In this document: one piece after another, positions 47,672 to 57,646 of the stretch | Position numbering within the stretch: the stretch's first letter is position 1 | Layout of the letters: each line of letters starts with the position of its first letter | Virus record (IMG/VR): IMGVR_UViG_3300021963_000131 | Coordinates: 1-62,484 of that record | Strand: one strand, 5' to 3' | Source of the DNA: a virus | Taxonomy: Duplodnaviria; Caudoviricetes | DNA length: 62,484 bases | The notes under the pieces: model-generated | What the model was told of the DNA's origin: nothing | Seen by the model: only the letters and a program-made list of their open reading frames with translations | The model's database searches: none | Translations under genes and position numbers: made by a program

Positions 47672-49728
47672 CGTCTACCATCCGGCCTAATATCGATACG
47701 GGGTGCTCCTAATTGCCAAGTTGTACCTAAACCGTCAGAAGATATTTCGATAATCATCTGCCGCCCACGGATGCGGGTGTAAATAATATTGGTGAACTGC
47801 TCAATCGTAACGGTGGACGTACGGGCAACAGCTTTAGCAGCCTCAGTGTTAAACCCAGACCCTGAACCGTTCATGCCGTACATGGTCATAGTAACTTGCG
47901 GTGTATCCGCAGTTGACCCTTGGAATGTTAGATCCGGCACCATGCGCCAGATAAACCCAAACTTCTCACCATCGTCGATGTCAAATTCAGCAGACTCAAT
48001 ATACGCAACAATCGGCAAAGTTGTAGCCGTTTCGTTATCGTCGATACCATATTCATGGTTAACAAGGTTGTAGTTATAAGTAGCCGCTTGTGGGTAAGCA
48101 CGTAAACCAGAATCAATCCAAGCTGTACGTGCCATCGTACCGTAATACCAAACATCTTCTACGTAGTTGTACACCACATAAGCATCGACCGCAGTGACGT
48201 TAGCGGTACAGTAAAACCACCATACTTCATTAAAGCCTTCGTTAGTACCAGCAAATACTTGCTGGTATTGGTTTTGGTTTAAGTTTCCAAAAACATGCCG
48301 ACGAAGATCGCAACGAAGGGTTTGTACGCGACCGTCATACACATAAAACTTATCAACGCCCATCCAAAATACACGCCCCGAAGCAACTGCTGCGGCGTTC
48401 TGGCTAACAATTGAAACATTATCACCAAGCAATTGCGAAGACCAAACAACAGGCGCACCAACATATTGAAGCGAGTAAAGCGAAGAATCGGTCCACACTA
48501 CAATTTCTTGACGTGTTTGAGCCGCAGTAATAATCTGCGAGCCGTGTGATAAGCGTAGAGACCTTGCTTGGTTGAGCGTTGAAGGCACCCAATCAACCAC
48601 CGACTCTTGATTGCTCCAGCGAATAAGCATGGGGTCAAGCACTGCACTGTCGTAATCTGTCGTACCAAACAGCAACACAAACCGAGAAGTGTCAGATACA
48701 AGGATGTAATTCTGTAAAGTGGGTACGTCAACTAAAAGGCTTACGCTGTGAGTGCCAGATTGAGAACCTGATGTATCAATAATTGCGCCTGTGGGGGTAG
48801 CTGAAAGGTTTGCCGTTGCCCCATCAACGTTACGTAAATAATAGGTTGTAGCTGTGGACAAGCCTGTCGGTAACGCACCTGTCGTGGAAAACTGCACGGC
48901 TGTGCCTTCAGCAAGTAACACAGAAAACGTAGCTACACAGGGTGTAGCAATTGTGAAAGTTACAGTACCCCCCAGCGTATTGACGTTTACACCTCTAGTG
49001 GTAACACCGTTTGTGGCATCCCAGTAATACAACCCACCACCGCGAGGGCCAAAAATAAGATCTTCCCCCCAATTATTAGCTGACCAAATACGAATAGAGA
49101 TTGAGGAAGTAAGCCCGTTACCCCAAGATCCAAGTCCCCACCAACTAGCACCCCAACCAGAAAGCGGTTCTTGAATAGCTGGGCCTACAGTTAATTGAAA
49201 CGCAGCAGATACACTAGCACCACCATAAGATCCGGCGCTGATAGCACTACCTGTAGTTATTGTAAAAGTTGTCGTTGTAGGGACAGTAACGATTTGAAAC
49301 TCAGCGTTAAACGTTGTGTCGTACGTACCTGTAGCCCCAGAGAAAGTTACAAAATCCCCAATCCCTGCACCATGCGCTGAAGTGGTTGTAACGGTAACAG
49401 TGGTTGTACCATTACCTGTAAAAGGATTATTAGGCAGTGTCACAGTTGAGCGAATAGGTGTGATGTCGTTATAAGACCCATCACGCTCGATGTAATACTT
49501 TAGGTTTGTACCAACACCCATGAGGTTTTGAAATGTCAGCGTAACCCAATTCCACAAAGAACGACAAATACCTTGAAATGTGTTTGCGGAAATGCGCTGC
49601 CAACCACCAATTTTTTCAGGGGTGCCCTGACGAAACCGTACTTTGTCACTAACGTACCAGCCGTTTTCGTTGGTGTACCGAGTGTTTTCTTTGTTAACCC
49701 CCGGCTTAAACAGGATCTTCTTGAGCAT
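47668..49728 (-). CDS. Tail hub/nozzle (DNA stabilisation) protein, like P22 gp10 or T7 gp12
   Basis: 686-aa beta-rich protein with PMLIRWS, EVWWFY and R.RGRQ; upstream of the ejection genes. Confidence 0.7.
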   Translation of the reverse strand: MLKKILFKPGVNKENTRYTNENGWYVSDKVRFRQGTPEKIGGWQRISANTFQGICRSLWNWVTLTFQNLMGVGTNLKYYIERDGSYNDITPIRSTVTLPNNPFTGNGTTTVTVTTTSAHGAGIGDFVTFSGATGTYDTTFNAEFQIVTVPTTTTFTITTGSAISAGSYGGASVSAAFQLTVGPAIQEPLSGWGASWWGLGSWGNGLTSSISIRIWSANNWGEDLIFGPRGGGLYYWDATNGVTTRGVNVNTLGGTVTFTIATPCVATFSVLLAEGTAVQFSTTGALPTGLSTATTYYLRNVDGATANLSATPTGAIIDTSGSQSGTHSVSLLVDVPTLQNYILVSDTSRFVLLFGTTDYDSAVLDPMLIRWSNQESVVDWVPSTLNQARSLRLSHGSQIITAAQTRQEIVVWTDSSLYSLQYVGAPVVWSSQLLGDNVSIVSQNAAAVASGRVFWMGVDKFYVYDGRVQTLRCDLRRHVFGNLNQNQYQQVFAGTNEGFNEVWWFYCTANVTAVDAYVVYNYVEDVWYYGTMARTAWIDSGLRAYPQAATYNYNLVNHEYGIDDNETATTLPIVAYIESAEFDIDDGEKFGFIWRMVPDLTFQGSTADTPQVTMTMYGMNGSGSGFNTEAAKAVARTSTVTIEQFTNIIYTRIRGRQMIIEISSDGLGTTWQLGAPRIDIRPDGRR

Positions 49729-49731
49729 AGC

Positions 49732-50199
49732 TCACCTCATCAAGGCAGCTTCGGCGGCACGGCGACGAGTAAGACCGGGGAGGACTCGACCCGCAGCTTT
49801 ATTCCAGAGAAGGCACTGATCTGCTGCACCATCCCAATCTCCCGCATCAACCCGCTTTTTGAACGTGGAAACTCGATAATTCCCTAAGCCGCAATTGTAT
49901 GCCCAGCTTGTCACGGCGGCAATCCGTCGAGGCAAAGCGGTTGCTAACTTAGGCGAAAACTTTAAAAGCCCACGCACAAAATACTCAACATGATGGTCAA
50001 GCGCATCTTCACACTGCTCAATCGTCCAAATCGTTCCCGGCTGAATCTCTGGCCCAGTTGCCCCCCAACCAATTGTCCAAGGATGCCCACGGGTTCCGGG
50101 ATCTGGGTAGGCTGTTACTCGTCCGTCAGGCAAACGCTTTGCCAACCCTTCAAAGGGTTTGATGAGAACATCTTTGCAAAGCTTTTTGGCTTCATTCAC
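49732..50199 (-). CDS. Endolysin, GH24 lysozyme
   Basis: FEG, Y.D, WTIG.G, YN.G, W.K..G and GL.RRR..E motifs. Confidence 0.92.
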   Translation of the reverse strand: MNEAKKLCKDVLIKPFEGLAKRLPDGRVTAYPDPGTRGHPWTIGWGATGPEIQPGTIWTIEQCEDALDHHVEYFVRGLLKFSPKLATALPRRIAAVTSWAYNCGLGNYRVSTFKKRVDAGDWDGAADQCLLWNKAAGRVLPGLTRRRAAEAALMR

Positions 50200-50377
50200 C
50201 GCCGGACCTTTCCTTCACCAACTTGTTAATCTGCTCCCATAAAGCAGTGATCTGTTTGTCGTAGTTCTTTTCTAAGTAATCAACCCGCACTTTAAGTGTG
50301 ACCGCATAAGCCGCGATACCTACTACCGCAACCCCCAGAAACCAGACTTTGGCGAGGGATTCGGCAATCGTTTCCAT
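50192..50377 (-). CDS. Small membrane protein of the lysis cassette
   Basis: One transmembrane segment plus a coiled coil. Confidence 0.55.
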   Translation of the reverse strand: METIAESLAKVWFLGVAVVGIAAYAVTLKVRVDYLEKNYDKQITALWEQINKLVKERSGGE

Positions 50378-50862
50378 TACGACTTCTGATACTTCTCAAT
50401 AGACCGTCCTACAAACCAGAACGTAAGCATCATGTTCAGCATGGCGAAGTCATCCTCGTCGTAGCTTTTGGTTAACACTTCAGCCCAGTTAGCGTTGGTC
50501 TGGAAGGCAATCGTCAACCCAGCAGCTTTGACGGCCACATAAACACCAAAAGCAATCCAAGTAAGACCGGGGCGGGTAATAGCAGTGATAAAAGAAGCGA
50601 GCCAACCAGCCTCTTTTGCGGTAGCGGCCTGTTCCTTAAATGCCTCCTTAATCGTATCCATTTGCTGTATCGAGTAGTCAACATACTTCTCCTCCATCTT
50701 GAACTCACCCCGCATCTTCTCCAAATCGGTCTGGAGTTGGAACATGCTGAGTTCGTGCTGGCGCTCATTCTTTTTGTCCATGAACTTGAGGATTTCAGGC
50801 GCAAGCCGAAAGATGCCACCGAAGATGGAGCCAAGCAAACCACCACCGAGTAGTTCAAACAT
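50377..50862 (-). CDS. Holin-like membrane protein
   Basis: Hydrophobic N-terminus, RP.LT, FWFVGR C-terminus; next to the lysozyme. Confidence 0.65.
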   Translation of the reverse strand: MFELLGGGLLGSIFGGIFRLAPEILKFMDKKNERQHELSMFQLQTDLEKMRGEFKMEEKYVDYSIQQMDTIKEAFKEQAATAKEAGWLASFITAITRPGLTWIAFGVYVAVKAAGLTIAFQTNANWAEVLTKSYDEDDFAMLNMMLTFWFVGRSIEKYQKS

Positions 50863-50864
50863 GG

Positions 50865-51284
50865 TTACCCCCTAGCCGTTACGATGTCGGCACCTTTCTT
50901 AACCGTCACCTTGCTGCCTTCAACATCCACTTGCATGGGTGGCTCGGCGCGGTCCAGCTTGTCAAGACGGTGGATAAGATCCTTGATGACTTCAAACTCG
51001 GGCTTTTCTTGCTTCGCAGCAGTACCGGCGATACCGTTGAGCATTTGGATAAGTGCAGTAAGTGAAGCGCCAAGCAGACCCATCACAGCAGCAATTTTCT
51101 CGCCTTCTAAAAAAAGGGACGCACCCACGCCTACCAACACGATCATGAAGATGTAAAGCAGACCATCTTCACCAATAGCTTTACCAGCAACTTCCTTAGC
51201 AGAATCTTGAGCCTTGAGTTCCTCTAGCTTGATCTTAGCTTGCGCTTTGAGAACCGCTAATTCGTGGGTTTTATCGTCCATCAT
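50865..51284 (-). CDS. Two-transmembrane protein
   Basis: Two hydrophobic segments; lies in the lysis region. Confidence 0.6.
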   Translation of the reverse strand: MMDDKTHELAVLKAQAKIKLEELKAQDSAKEVAGKAIGEDGLLYIFMIVLVGVGASLFLEGEKIAAVMGLLGASLTALIQMLNGIAGTAAKQEKPEFEVIKDLIHRLDKLDRAEPPMQVDVEGSKVTVKKGADIVTARG

Positions 51285-51691
51285 GTCCCCAGAGCATTCA
51301 AAAAGATCAGTTGTGTTAACCGACTATTGGTCACGTCGGTCCCAAAATGTTCACCCATTGAATGCCACATCCACGGGCGAAACAAGACAAGACGATTGGT
51401 GCGAATCGGCGCATCAAACACCGGTTCCCACTGATTTTTTTGCTTTCCCTCCGTCTCAAAAAACTTGAGCATGTCATCGTGCGTTGTCACACCAATGGCT
51501 TCGCTTCTAGGTGGTCCTTGGGTGCTACTTCCATGCCTGACTTGCGGTTACAGACCAAGTGATTGTTGCAGGCATGATATTTCCTTTCATTAAACGGGGC
51601 CAGAAGATGCGTTATCAATAAAAAGTTTAAGCATTTCCGGCGCTAACCGGAAGAGGCCACCAAGCAAACCACCGAATAGAGATTCAAGCAT
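51281..51691 (-). pseudogene. Mosaic scar of three gene fragments (holin N-terminus, a 16-aa stub, and the 3' part of a 2OG-Fe(II) oxygenase-like gene)
   Basis: 51691-51590 MLESLFGGLLGGLFRLAPEMLK; 51575-51525 MPATITWSVT; 51281 to about 51543 NRLVLFRPWMWHS...RLTQLIF with an apparent frameshift. Confidence 0.6.
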
Positions 51692-51694
51692 CAA

Positions 51695-51997
51695 CTACTC
51701 CGTTCCGCTGTCGTTAACTTGACCACCAAACTTTTTAACAATATTAAATATTCTTGTATTATCTTCTAGTGCTATAAACTCATGAAATTCATTTGGCTTA
51801 AAATCAATAAGCTGCCCGGCAACAACTTCAATATCCCAATTTTCAGAAAAAACTTTTAACTTACCTCTAGCAACAATCGTAATGTGTACATCGTTTTCTG
51901 TGTGATTGTGCTTTGGCAAAATATCTCCGGCCTTTTCAAAGGTGTACATCATTCCTTGCAAGTCCCCAAGACCTTTGAGGATTTCAGCCAATAACAT
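51695..51997 (-). CDS. Cupin-fold protein
   Basis: LPKHNH....H...V..G and HEF.ALE motifs. Confidence 0.7.
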   Translation of the reverse strand: MLLAEILKGLGDLQGMMYTFEKAGDILPKHNHTENDVHITIVARGKLKVFSENWDIEVVAGQLIDFKPNEFHEFIALEDNTRIFNIVKKFGGQVNDSGTE

Positions 51998-52307
51998 TTG
52001 GGGTAACCCCAAGCTCTTTAGTATTAAAAATTGAAGCTGTAAGAGCTTCTAGCCTATCTATTTCTTTTTTGTCTTCTTCTGATGCTTCGTTGTACTCCCA
52101 TACATCAGAAACCACACCGTTTATCCAATCATATCTTGATGATTTTACTGTTTGGTATTTATTAGGTGACGGCAAAATACGACAAAACTCTGCCCAATCA
52201 GGGCTTAAGTTGTTTAAATCTTTATCTGGGAAAGCTAGTTTAAAATTTTCAATTGCAATTGGATGCCCAACTGGCTGACCATTTTGAATTTGTATAACGT
52301 ATTTCAT
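51984..52307 (-). CDS. Tail fibre-associated (assembly-like) protein
   Basis: Directly after the Gly-rich fibre gene; AT-richer DNA. Confidence 0.5.
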   Translation of the reverse strand: MKYVIQIQNGQPVGHPIAIENFKLAFPDKDLNNLSPDWAEFCRILPSPNKYQTVKSSRYDWINGVVSDVWEYNEASEEDKKEIDRLEALTASIFNTKELGVTPNVIG

Positions 52308-53272
52308 TACAGGTCTCCAGTATTGGTTGATGGAAATGATCTAGTATTGCCCGGCCATAAAATACGAACAGCCCCACCAGCACCAGTACCCCCTTGTGAC
52401 CCACTATAAATAACTCGTGAATCGTAGTAGCCGCCTCCAGCTGAACCTCCCCCACCGTAATTTCCTCCGGGTTCGTACCCGCCACTTGCTGGGCTTTGAG
52501 GTGGTGAGGCACCTCCGCTTCCGCCTCCACCTCCCGGGCCTCCAACATAGCTAGGGCCGGCATACCCACCGCCAGATCCGTTAGATCCAGAACCTAAAAT
52601 GCCAACACCACCGCCGGAACCTCCAGCAGCTCCTTGTTGATATGTAAAAGGTGGGCAGCCGAAAACTCCCGCAGAGTATCCACCTACCCCGCCGCCTCCT
52701 GCACCCCCTCCAGCACCGCTTGATCCGGCTGTGCCACTAGTTGAGCTAGTTATGTCGCCACCTTGGCCACCATTTCCAGAATAACCTCCGGCGCCGCCAC
52801 CTCCTGGCCCTGCTGACTCTTTAGTAGCTCCAGACCCAGAAGAGCCACCATTTCCACCTGAACCAACCAAAACAACGCCGCCGTTTGCTGAACTGCTTGC
52901 TTGACCGCCACCGCCTGCAGAAACTAAATCCGTCCCGCTCCTAGAAAATTTGCTGTCACCTCCGCTAGTGGAGTTGCCGTACATTGACCCTCCAGATCCT
53001 GCAGCGCCAACTGTAACCGTAAGACTTTCACCCGGAGTAACAGAGATATTGTTTACATATGCCAGCGCCCCGCCACCACCCCCGCAATAACTGAAATTTC
53101 TTTTATTATAAGGCTCTCCGCCGCCTCCGCCGCCCACACAAACTACAGAAACAGAAGTCACTCCTGATGGAACAACCCACGTATAAGTGCCAGCGGTTGT
53201 ATATGCTTGTTGTCCTGGGGGCGCTCCAAACGATCTCTGATTCATAAAAACAGCTTGCGTTACTCCTGTCAT
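52307..53272 (-). CDS. Glycine-rich tail fibre/receptor-binding protein
   Basis: GTYTWVVPSGVTSVSVVCVGGGGGG, VTPGE...VTVG.GG and GAVRILW motifs. Confidence 0.75.
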   Translation of the reverse strand: MTGVTQAVFMNQRSFGAPPGQQAYTTAGTYTWVVPSGVTSVSVVCVGGGGGGEPYNKRNFSYCGGGGGALAYVNNISVTPGESLTVTVGAAGSGGSMYGNSTSGGDSKFSRSGTDLVSAGGGGQASSSANGGVVLVGSGGNGGSSGSGATKESAGPGGGGAGGYSGNGGQGGDITSSTSGTAGSSGAGGGAGGGGVGGYSAGVFGCPPFTYQQGAAGGSGGGVGILGSGSNGSGGGYAGPSYVGGPGGGGGSGGASPPQSPASGGYEPGGNYGGGGSAGGGYYDSRVIYSGSQGGTGAGGAVRILWPGNTRSFPSTNTGDL

Positions 53273-54501
53273 GTCAGACCGCTCCCTGAGATAATCCAAG
53301 TTGTTGATGCAATTTTTACCGCTGTAGCAGAGCCATACTGAGCTAAAGTTCTGGTTCCTGTTGTACCAGCAGATGACAAGTACATGGTGTCAGATGTAAT
53401 TGCGATGCTTACGCTAGTAGCGGACAAATTAATAAAAGTCAACGCCGTACCAATTGCATAAGATACACTGGAGTTTGCAGGGATTGTCCAAGTTGCAGCA
53501 GAACCAGAACCTCGATAAATGTGTTTGCCTGAATCAGCAGCTACAAGCGTATAGCTGCCTGTTTGAACATTTTGCGGGATGTTTCTGAATCCGACTGCAT
53601 CCGTGCCATCAACAGTGCAGTTTGAAAGCGTACCTGAAGTCGGCGTACCAAGAACGGGGGTAGTCAACGAAGGAGATGTAGCAAAAACAAGCGATCCTGA
53701 ACCTGTTTCGTCCGTTACAGCCGCTGCAAGGTTGGCCGATGATGGCGTACCCAAGAAAGTCAGAATACCTGTCCCGGTAGTTGTGGACGTAATCGCTGTG
53801 CCGGAACCGCCACCGATCAGCAACGCACTTGCTGTCAACGTACCTGACTGAGTAACCAACCCACCTGTCGTATTAACTGCATTACCAACGGCTGTGACAA
53901 CACCCGTGCCTGTAGTCGTCGTTGTCGGAGCAGCACCAGCACCGCCACCTAAAACAAGTGAACTTGCAGCAAGCGCACCAGAAGAAGCGAGTGTACCTGT
54001 GGCTGAATAATATAAAACACCACCCGAAGTGCCCGACGTTAGTCCCGTACCCCCATTAGCAACGGGGACCGTTGGACCAATCGTGCCAACTAAAACATAA
54101 TCTGCTGCAACAGTATTGTAAGCAACCGTAGCGGATTGATTAACTCCAAGCGTTACACCGCTATTCGCACCTGCCCTAATTTGTACTGTATACGTGGCAT
54201 TACGATTAATTACGTGATAAGTACGATTTGAAGAGGGGGCCGTAATAACTACGTTGGCAGATACCCCCGCAGCAGGAACAACAAGCGTTCGGTATTGCGC
54301 TGTGGTTGTCGTAATGCCTGTAGCGGAATTTGTGCCTGTAGTATTGGCTAAAGTTATAGACGCCGTAATACTTAAAGCACCAGCTACAGCAGTATCAACA
54401 TACTCAGTAAACCCGTTATTGGTGTAATCCCCCCATAAACCGGATTCAGTGCCTGTGACCGGAAGGGGAAGGTTTAACAACGTAGTACGATTAACAGTCA
54501 T
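53269..54501 (-). CDS. Tail fibre protein
   Basis: T/G/A-rich; VANGGTG, TPSSANL..AVTDETGSG.LVFATSP and YTLV..D.GK motifs. Confidence 0.75.
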   Translation of the reverse strand: MTVNRTTLLNLPLPVTGTESGLWGDYTNNGFTEYVDTAVAGALSITASITLANTTGTNSATGITTTTAQYRTLVVPAAGVSANVVITAPSSNRTYHVINRNATYTVQIRAGANSGVTLGVNQSATVAYNTVAADYVLVGTIGPTVPVANGGTGLTSGTSGGVLYYSATGTLASSGALAASSLVLGGGAGAAPTTTTTGTGVVTAVGNAVNTTGGLVTQSGTLTASALLIGGGSGTAITSTTTGTGILTFLGTPSSANLAAAVTDETGSGSLVFATSPSLTTPVLGTPTSGTLSNCTVDGTDAVGFRNIPQNVQTGSYTLVAADSGKHIYRGSGSAATWTIPANSSVSYAIGTALTFINLSATSVSIAITSDTMYLSSAGTTGTRTLAQYGSATAVKIASTTWIISGSGLT

Positions 54502-54504
54502 AAT

Positions 54505-55668
54505 TTACTCCGTTTCAACCAATTCCCATTCAGCGTTCTGATAGTTACCTACATCATTCCATTGAGCATCTTCATAGGTGTCAATTAAACCCCAGTACAA
54601 TACACCAACAGACCCTACATTACCAGAGGCAGCGACCCCGCTGAACGGTATAACATTAGGGAATGGTTGAACTGCACCACTCGACCCAACGCCACTTATA
54701 TCACGTTCACGAGTAACTCCTGCTGTGCCAACAGTCCCAGAAGCTGCTACGCCAGATAGAGCCTGACTAAACCCAAACCCTACCGAACCGACATCCCCGC
54801 TAGCTACAACACCCGACAAACTAATAGTAATTGTCTTACCAACAGACCCTACTTGTCCAGTAGCCTCTACCCCTGTTAAAGAAGCTACCTTAGTAAATTC
54901 AACGTTACCAACAGCCCCAGAAGCAGCAACGCCAGAGATAGCAACAGATCGGGAAGTAGTGACAGATCCAACTTCGCCTGTGGCAACCACGCCATCTTCG
55001 GCTGGATTATTTTGCTCTGTTACATCACCAACTGCGCCAGAAGCAGCAACACCAGACAGGGCGAGTGTCAAGGAAGGAGTAATAGTTCCAACATCGCCAG
55101 CCGCAGCAACGCCTGTTAAATCTTGAGGGAAAGCAAAGACAACATCGCCAACTGTGCCCGTAGCCCCAACACCCGTCAAAGCAATTTGACGTTCAGCAAC
55201 TGTGACAGTACCTACCGCCCCGGAAGCAGCAACTCCAGCTAACTGATAATTAAAGACAACATCACCAACCGCGCCTGATGCACTGACACCGGAGAGAGCA
55301 ACAGAAGGAGAAGCAGTAACAGAACCAACAGCGCCGGATGCAGCAACACCGGATAGGGTGACAGAGATATTAGAAGTAACAGACCCAACGTTACCTGTAG
55401 CTACAACACCATCTTCAGTCGGATTAATTGTTTCAGTTACGCTTCCTACCGCGCCAGACGCGCTGACTCCCGTCAGGGCTACCGTACGTGAGGTAGTGAC
55501 AGACCCAACGGAACCTGTAGCTACATTTCCGTTCTCAGTGGGGTTATTAGTTTCTGTGACTGACCCAACTGCACCAGACGCAGCAACGCCTGTTAGCGCA
55601 ACGTCAACACCAACGCCACCCCAACCGTCGTAACCCCACGGATTATCACCCCAGCCAAAGTTAGCCAC
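54505..55668 (-). CDS. Repetitive fibre-like virion protein
   Basis: Many imperfect LxGVAAxGxVGxV repeats of about 19-20 aa; W-rich ends. Confidence 0.7.
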   Translation of the reverse strand: MANFGWGDNPWGYDGWGGVGVDVALTGVAASGAVGSVTETNNPTENGNVATGSVGSVTTSRTVALTGVSASGAVGSVTETINPTEDGVVATGNVGSVTSNISVTLSGVAASGAVGSVTASPSVALSGVSASGAVGDVVFNYQLAGVAASGAVGTVTVAERQIALTGVGATGTVGDVVFAFPQDLTGVAAAGDVGTITPSLTLALSGVAASGAVGDVTEQNNPAEDGVVATGEVGSVTTSRSVAISGVAASGAVGNVEFTKVASLTGVEATGQVGSVGKTITISLSGVVASGDVGSVGFGFSQALSGVAASGTVGTAGVTRERDISGVGSSGAVQPFPNVIPFSGVAASGNVGSVGVLYWGLIDTYEDAQWNDVGNYQNAEWELVETE

Positions 55669-55688
55669 GGGGTTCCCCTAAAAAGAAA

Positions 55689-56165
55689 TTAGGTCGTGGA
55701 CAAACGCAACAACGCAGTGCTAGTCGTGTTGGAAGGCATTGTCAGCGTAAACGTACCAGCCGTAATTGTCTGCGAACCAAACGTATGAACACTGACTGCT
55801 TTATTTGACTGCGAGCTATTATAAATAAGCACCGCATCAAAAGCTGTAGAAAGTGTTACGTTAGAATACGTAAGCGAAGCACTTGGAGTCCAGTACGCTA
55901 CTCCTGCCGTAGCAGAAGAATTAGTTGCAGTTGGTGCTGTAGCGTTGGTTACCGTAACTCCACCAGCCGTGTAGTTTGTTCCAGAAACTTCACCCGTAGC
56001 ACTATACGCAGTGGTCGATGCGTTATAAGTTGCCGAAGCAAGATATAGAGCACCCTTAAACGTATCTGCTGCGGATGTCCCGCGTGTTGGTGCAGTACCG
56101 AAGTTATGGGTTGCTGTCATTAGTTCGCCCATAAACGAAGTGCACATAGATTGCGTATTTGCCAT
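55689..56165 (-). CDS. Tail structural protein, paralog A
   Basis: MCTSF...H.F...FK.ALY...GEV.GTNYTAGG. Confidence 0.7.
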   Translation of the reverse strand: MANTQSMCTSFMGELMTATHNFGTAPTRGTSAADTFKGALYLASATYNASTTAYSATGEVSGTNYTAGGVTVTNATAPTATNSSATAGVAYWTPSASLTYSNVTLSTAFDAVLIYNSSQSNKAVSVHTFGSQTITAGTFTLTMPSNTTSTALLRLSTT

Positions 56166-56174
56166 GTCAGGCTC

Positions 56175-56369
56175 CTAAAAAGATGCGGCTTCACCGCCAA
56201 TAAAACTCGGCATTTGCTTTAAAGTAACATGAGCAGAACGATGAACTAATTCTCCTTCATGCCAATACTCAACCCATGTTGTGTACTCATTGTCGTTGTC
56301 AATGTTTCCCTCACGTTTTTCGAGTAGGGATTCATCCATATCGCCTTTAGTTGTAAACACAGTTGCCAT
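56175..56369 (-). CDS. Small acidic protein
   Basis: TTKG.MD...L.K and WVEYW..GELVHRS motifs; coupled. Confidence 0.65.
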   Translation of the reverse strand: MATVFTTKGDMDESLLEKREGNIDNDNEYTTWVEYWHEGELVHRSAHVTLKQMPSFIGGEAASF

Positions 56370-56803
56370 TAAGTTATCCTCAAAACAGCATCCGTAGCCC
56401 CCGGAGCAGGGAAAGTGATTATCAGATCAGACGCTGACTTCACAATAGTGTTACCAAAACTCAAAACACAAACAGCTCGGTTTTGATTGGTGAAATTATA
56501 GATCAGCGCACCCGCACAGGAAAGCGTTACATTAGTAAACGTAGCGTTTTCAAATGACCAATAGCCTGTCGTTCCTGACGTTGTTGGTGTAATGTTCGTG
56601 AGCGCAATACCTCCAGCGGTGTAATTGGTTCCACTCGACGATACTTCCCCAGAGGATGTGTAAATGGTTGTATCCGCTCCGAGGGTGGCAGTTGAGACAT
56701 ACAAGGCAATCTTGAATACATTACCCGTATTTGCTGTGAAATCGTGCAAAGCTCTGGCAACTTCAGCCTTAAAACTTGTGCACATCGTCTGGTAGATTGC
56801 CAT
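56369..56803 (-). CDS. Tail structural protein, paralog B
   Basis: Same motif series as paralog A. Confidence 0.7.
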   Translation of the reverse strand: MAIYQTMCTSFKAEVARALHDFTANTGNVFKIALYVSTATLGADTTIYTSSGEVSSSGTNYTAGGIALTNITPTTSGTTGYWSFENATFTNVTLSCAGALIYNFTNQNRAVCVLSFGNTIVKSASDLIITFPAPGATDAVLRIT

Positions 56804-56804
56804 A

Positions 56805-57506
56805 CTACCTCACAGGGTAACGTACTTGTACGTCACGATAAGTATCACGGCGATCTTTGCCATCACCAAGTTGTTTGAACAGTGCAAGGGCTTCTTTATA
56901 CTGCGAATCTATCCTAGCCAACATATCTTGCTCGGCCTTGATAAACGTATACGCCTCTTGGAGTGCGCCATAAAGCAGCACCGTATCAAAATTCTCACCA
57001 AGCCAAGAAGTACCCGCAGTGACGATAGACTCTGGGTAGTAAAAATAATGTAACTCAGCTTGATAGTTTAAATCTGGAGTCGGCCCAACAATAATTGATA
57101 TATCGGTAGTAATAATTCCACCATTTACCATCGGACCAAATAATGCGTAGTGACGAGGGCGACCTGTTGACGTGGGGATGGGGTATGCCTCACGAATAAA
57201 TTCAACATCTTTATTCAACAGAAAATCACGCCGCCCTGTCGTCAAATTAATTACAGCAAGACTGAAGGGAGAAAGAAAGTCAGAAGGACAAGTGAGGTAA
57301 GGATTATCCGCATCAAAAACGCCAATGACACTTTTGCGGAAAATTGGTGGCTGAACAGAGTTAAAGATGCGCTGTTCGGCTTGTTTAACAAATACGGCAA
57401 GCTGCTCGTCCGACGTAAACGTCGTAACCGAATCAGTAAAAGTAATCGTCGGGAAGTCGTTCTCGACATACCCTCGGATCGCCTTTTTTAATTCCGTATA
57501 GTTCAC
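56805..57506 (-). CDS. Head-tail adaptor-like protein
   Basis: NYTEL..AI, AE.RI, PTPD..Y and LLYG.L motifs. Confidence 0.6.
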   Translation of the reverse strand: MNYTELKKAIRGYVENDFPTITFTDSVTTFTSDEQLAVFVKQAEQRIFNSVQPPIFRKSVIGVFDADNPYLTCPSDFLSPFSLAVINLTTGRRDFLLNKDVEFIREAYPIPTSTGRPRHYALFGPMVNGGIITTDISIIVGPTPDLNYQAELHYFYYPESIVTAGTSWLGENFDTVLLYGALQEAYTFIKAEQDMLARIDSQYKEALALFKQLGDGKDRRDTYRDVQVRYPVR

Positions 57507-57646
57507 GCCATCGGACCTCTAGCCATTACACCCTTAGTTGCCGCCCCAGTACCGCGAATCTTAATACCAGAAGTCTTGGGTTTTGCATCCGTGGACTTTG
57601 GAGTCGGCGCGGGTTTAGGTTGGTTGAAGGGTTTAACTTGTTTCAT
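57503..57646 (-). CDS. 47-aa basic peptide (MKQVKPF...RGTGAATKG...), not in the ORF track
   Basis: Hand translation; coupled at both ends. Confidence 0.6.
   Translation of the reverse strand: MKQVKPFNQPKPAPTPKSTDAKPKTSGIKIRGTGAATKGVMARGPMA

Noticed and set aside
52307-55668. Diversity-generating retroelement or invertible fibre cassette
   Set aside because: I found no reverse transcriptase, no template/variable repeat pair and no invertase.
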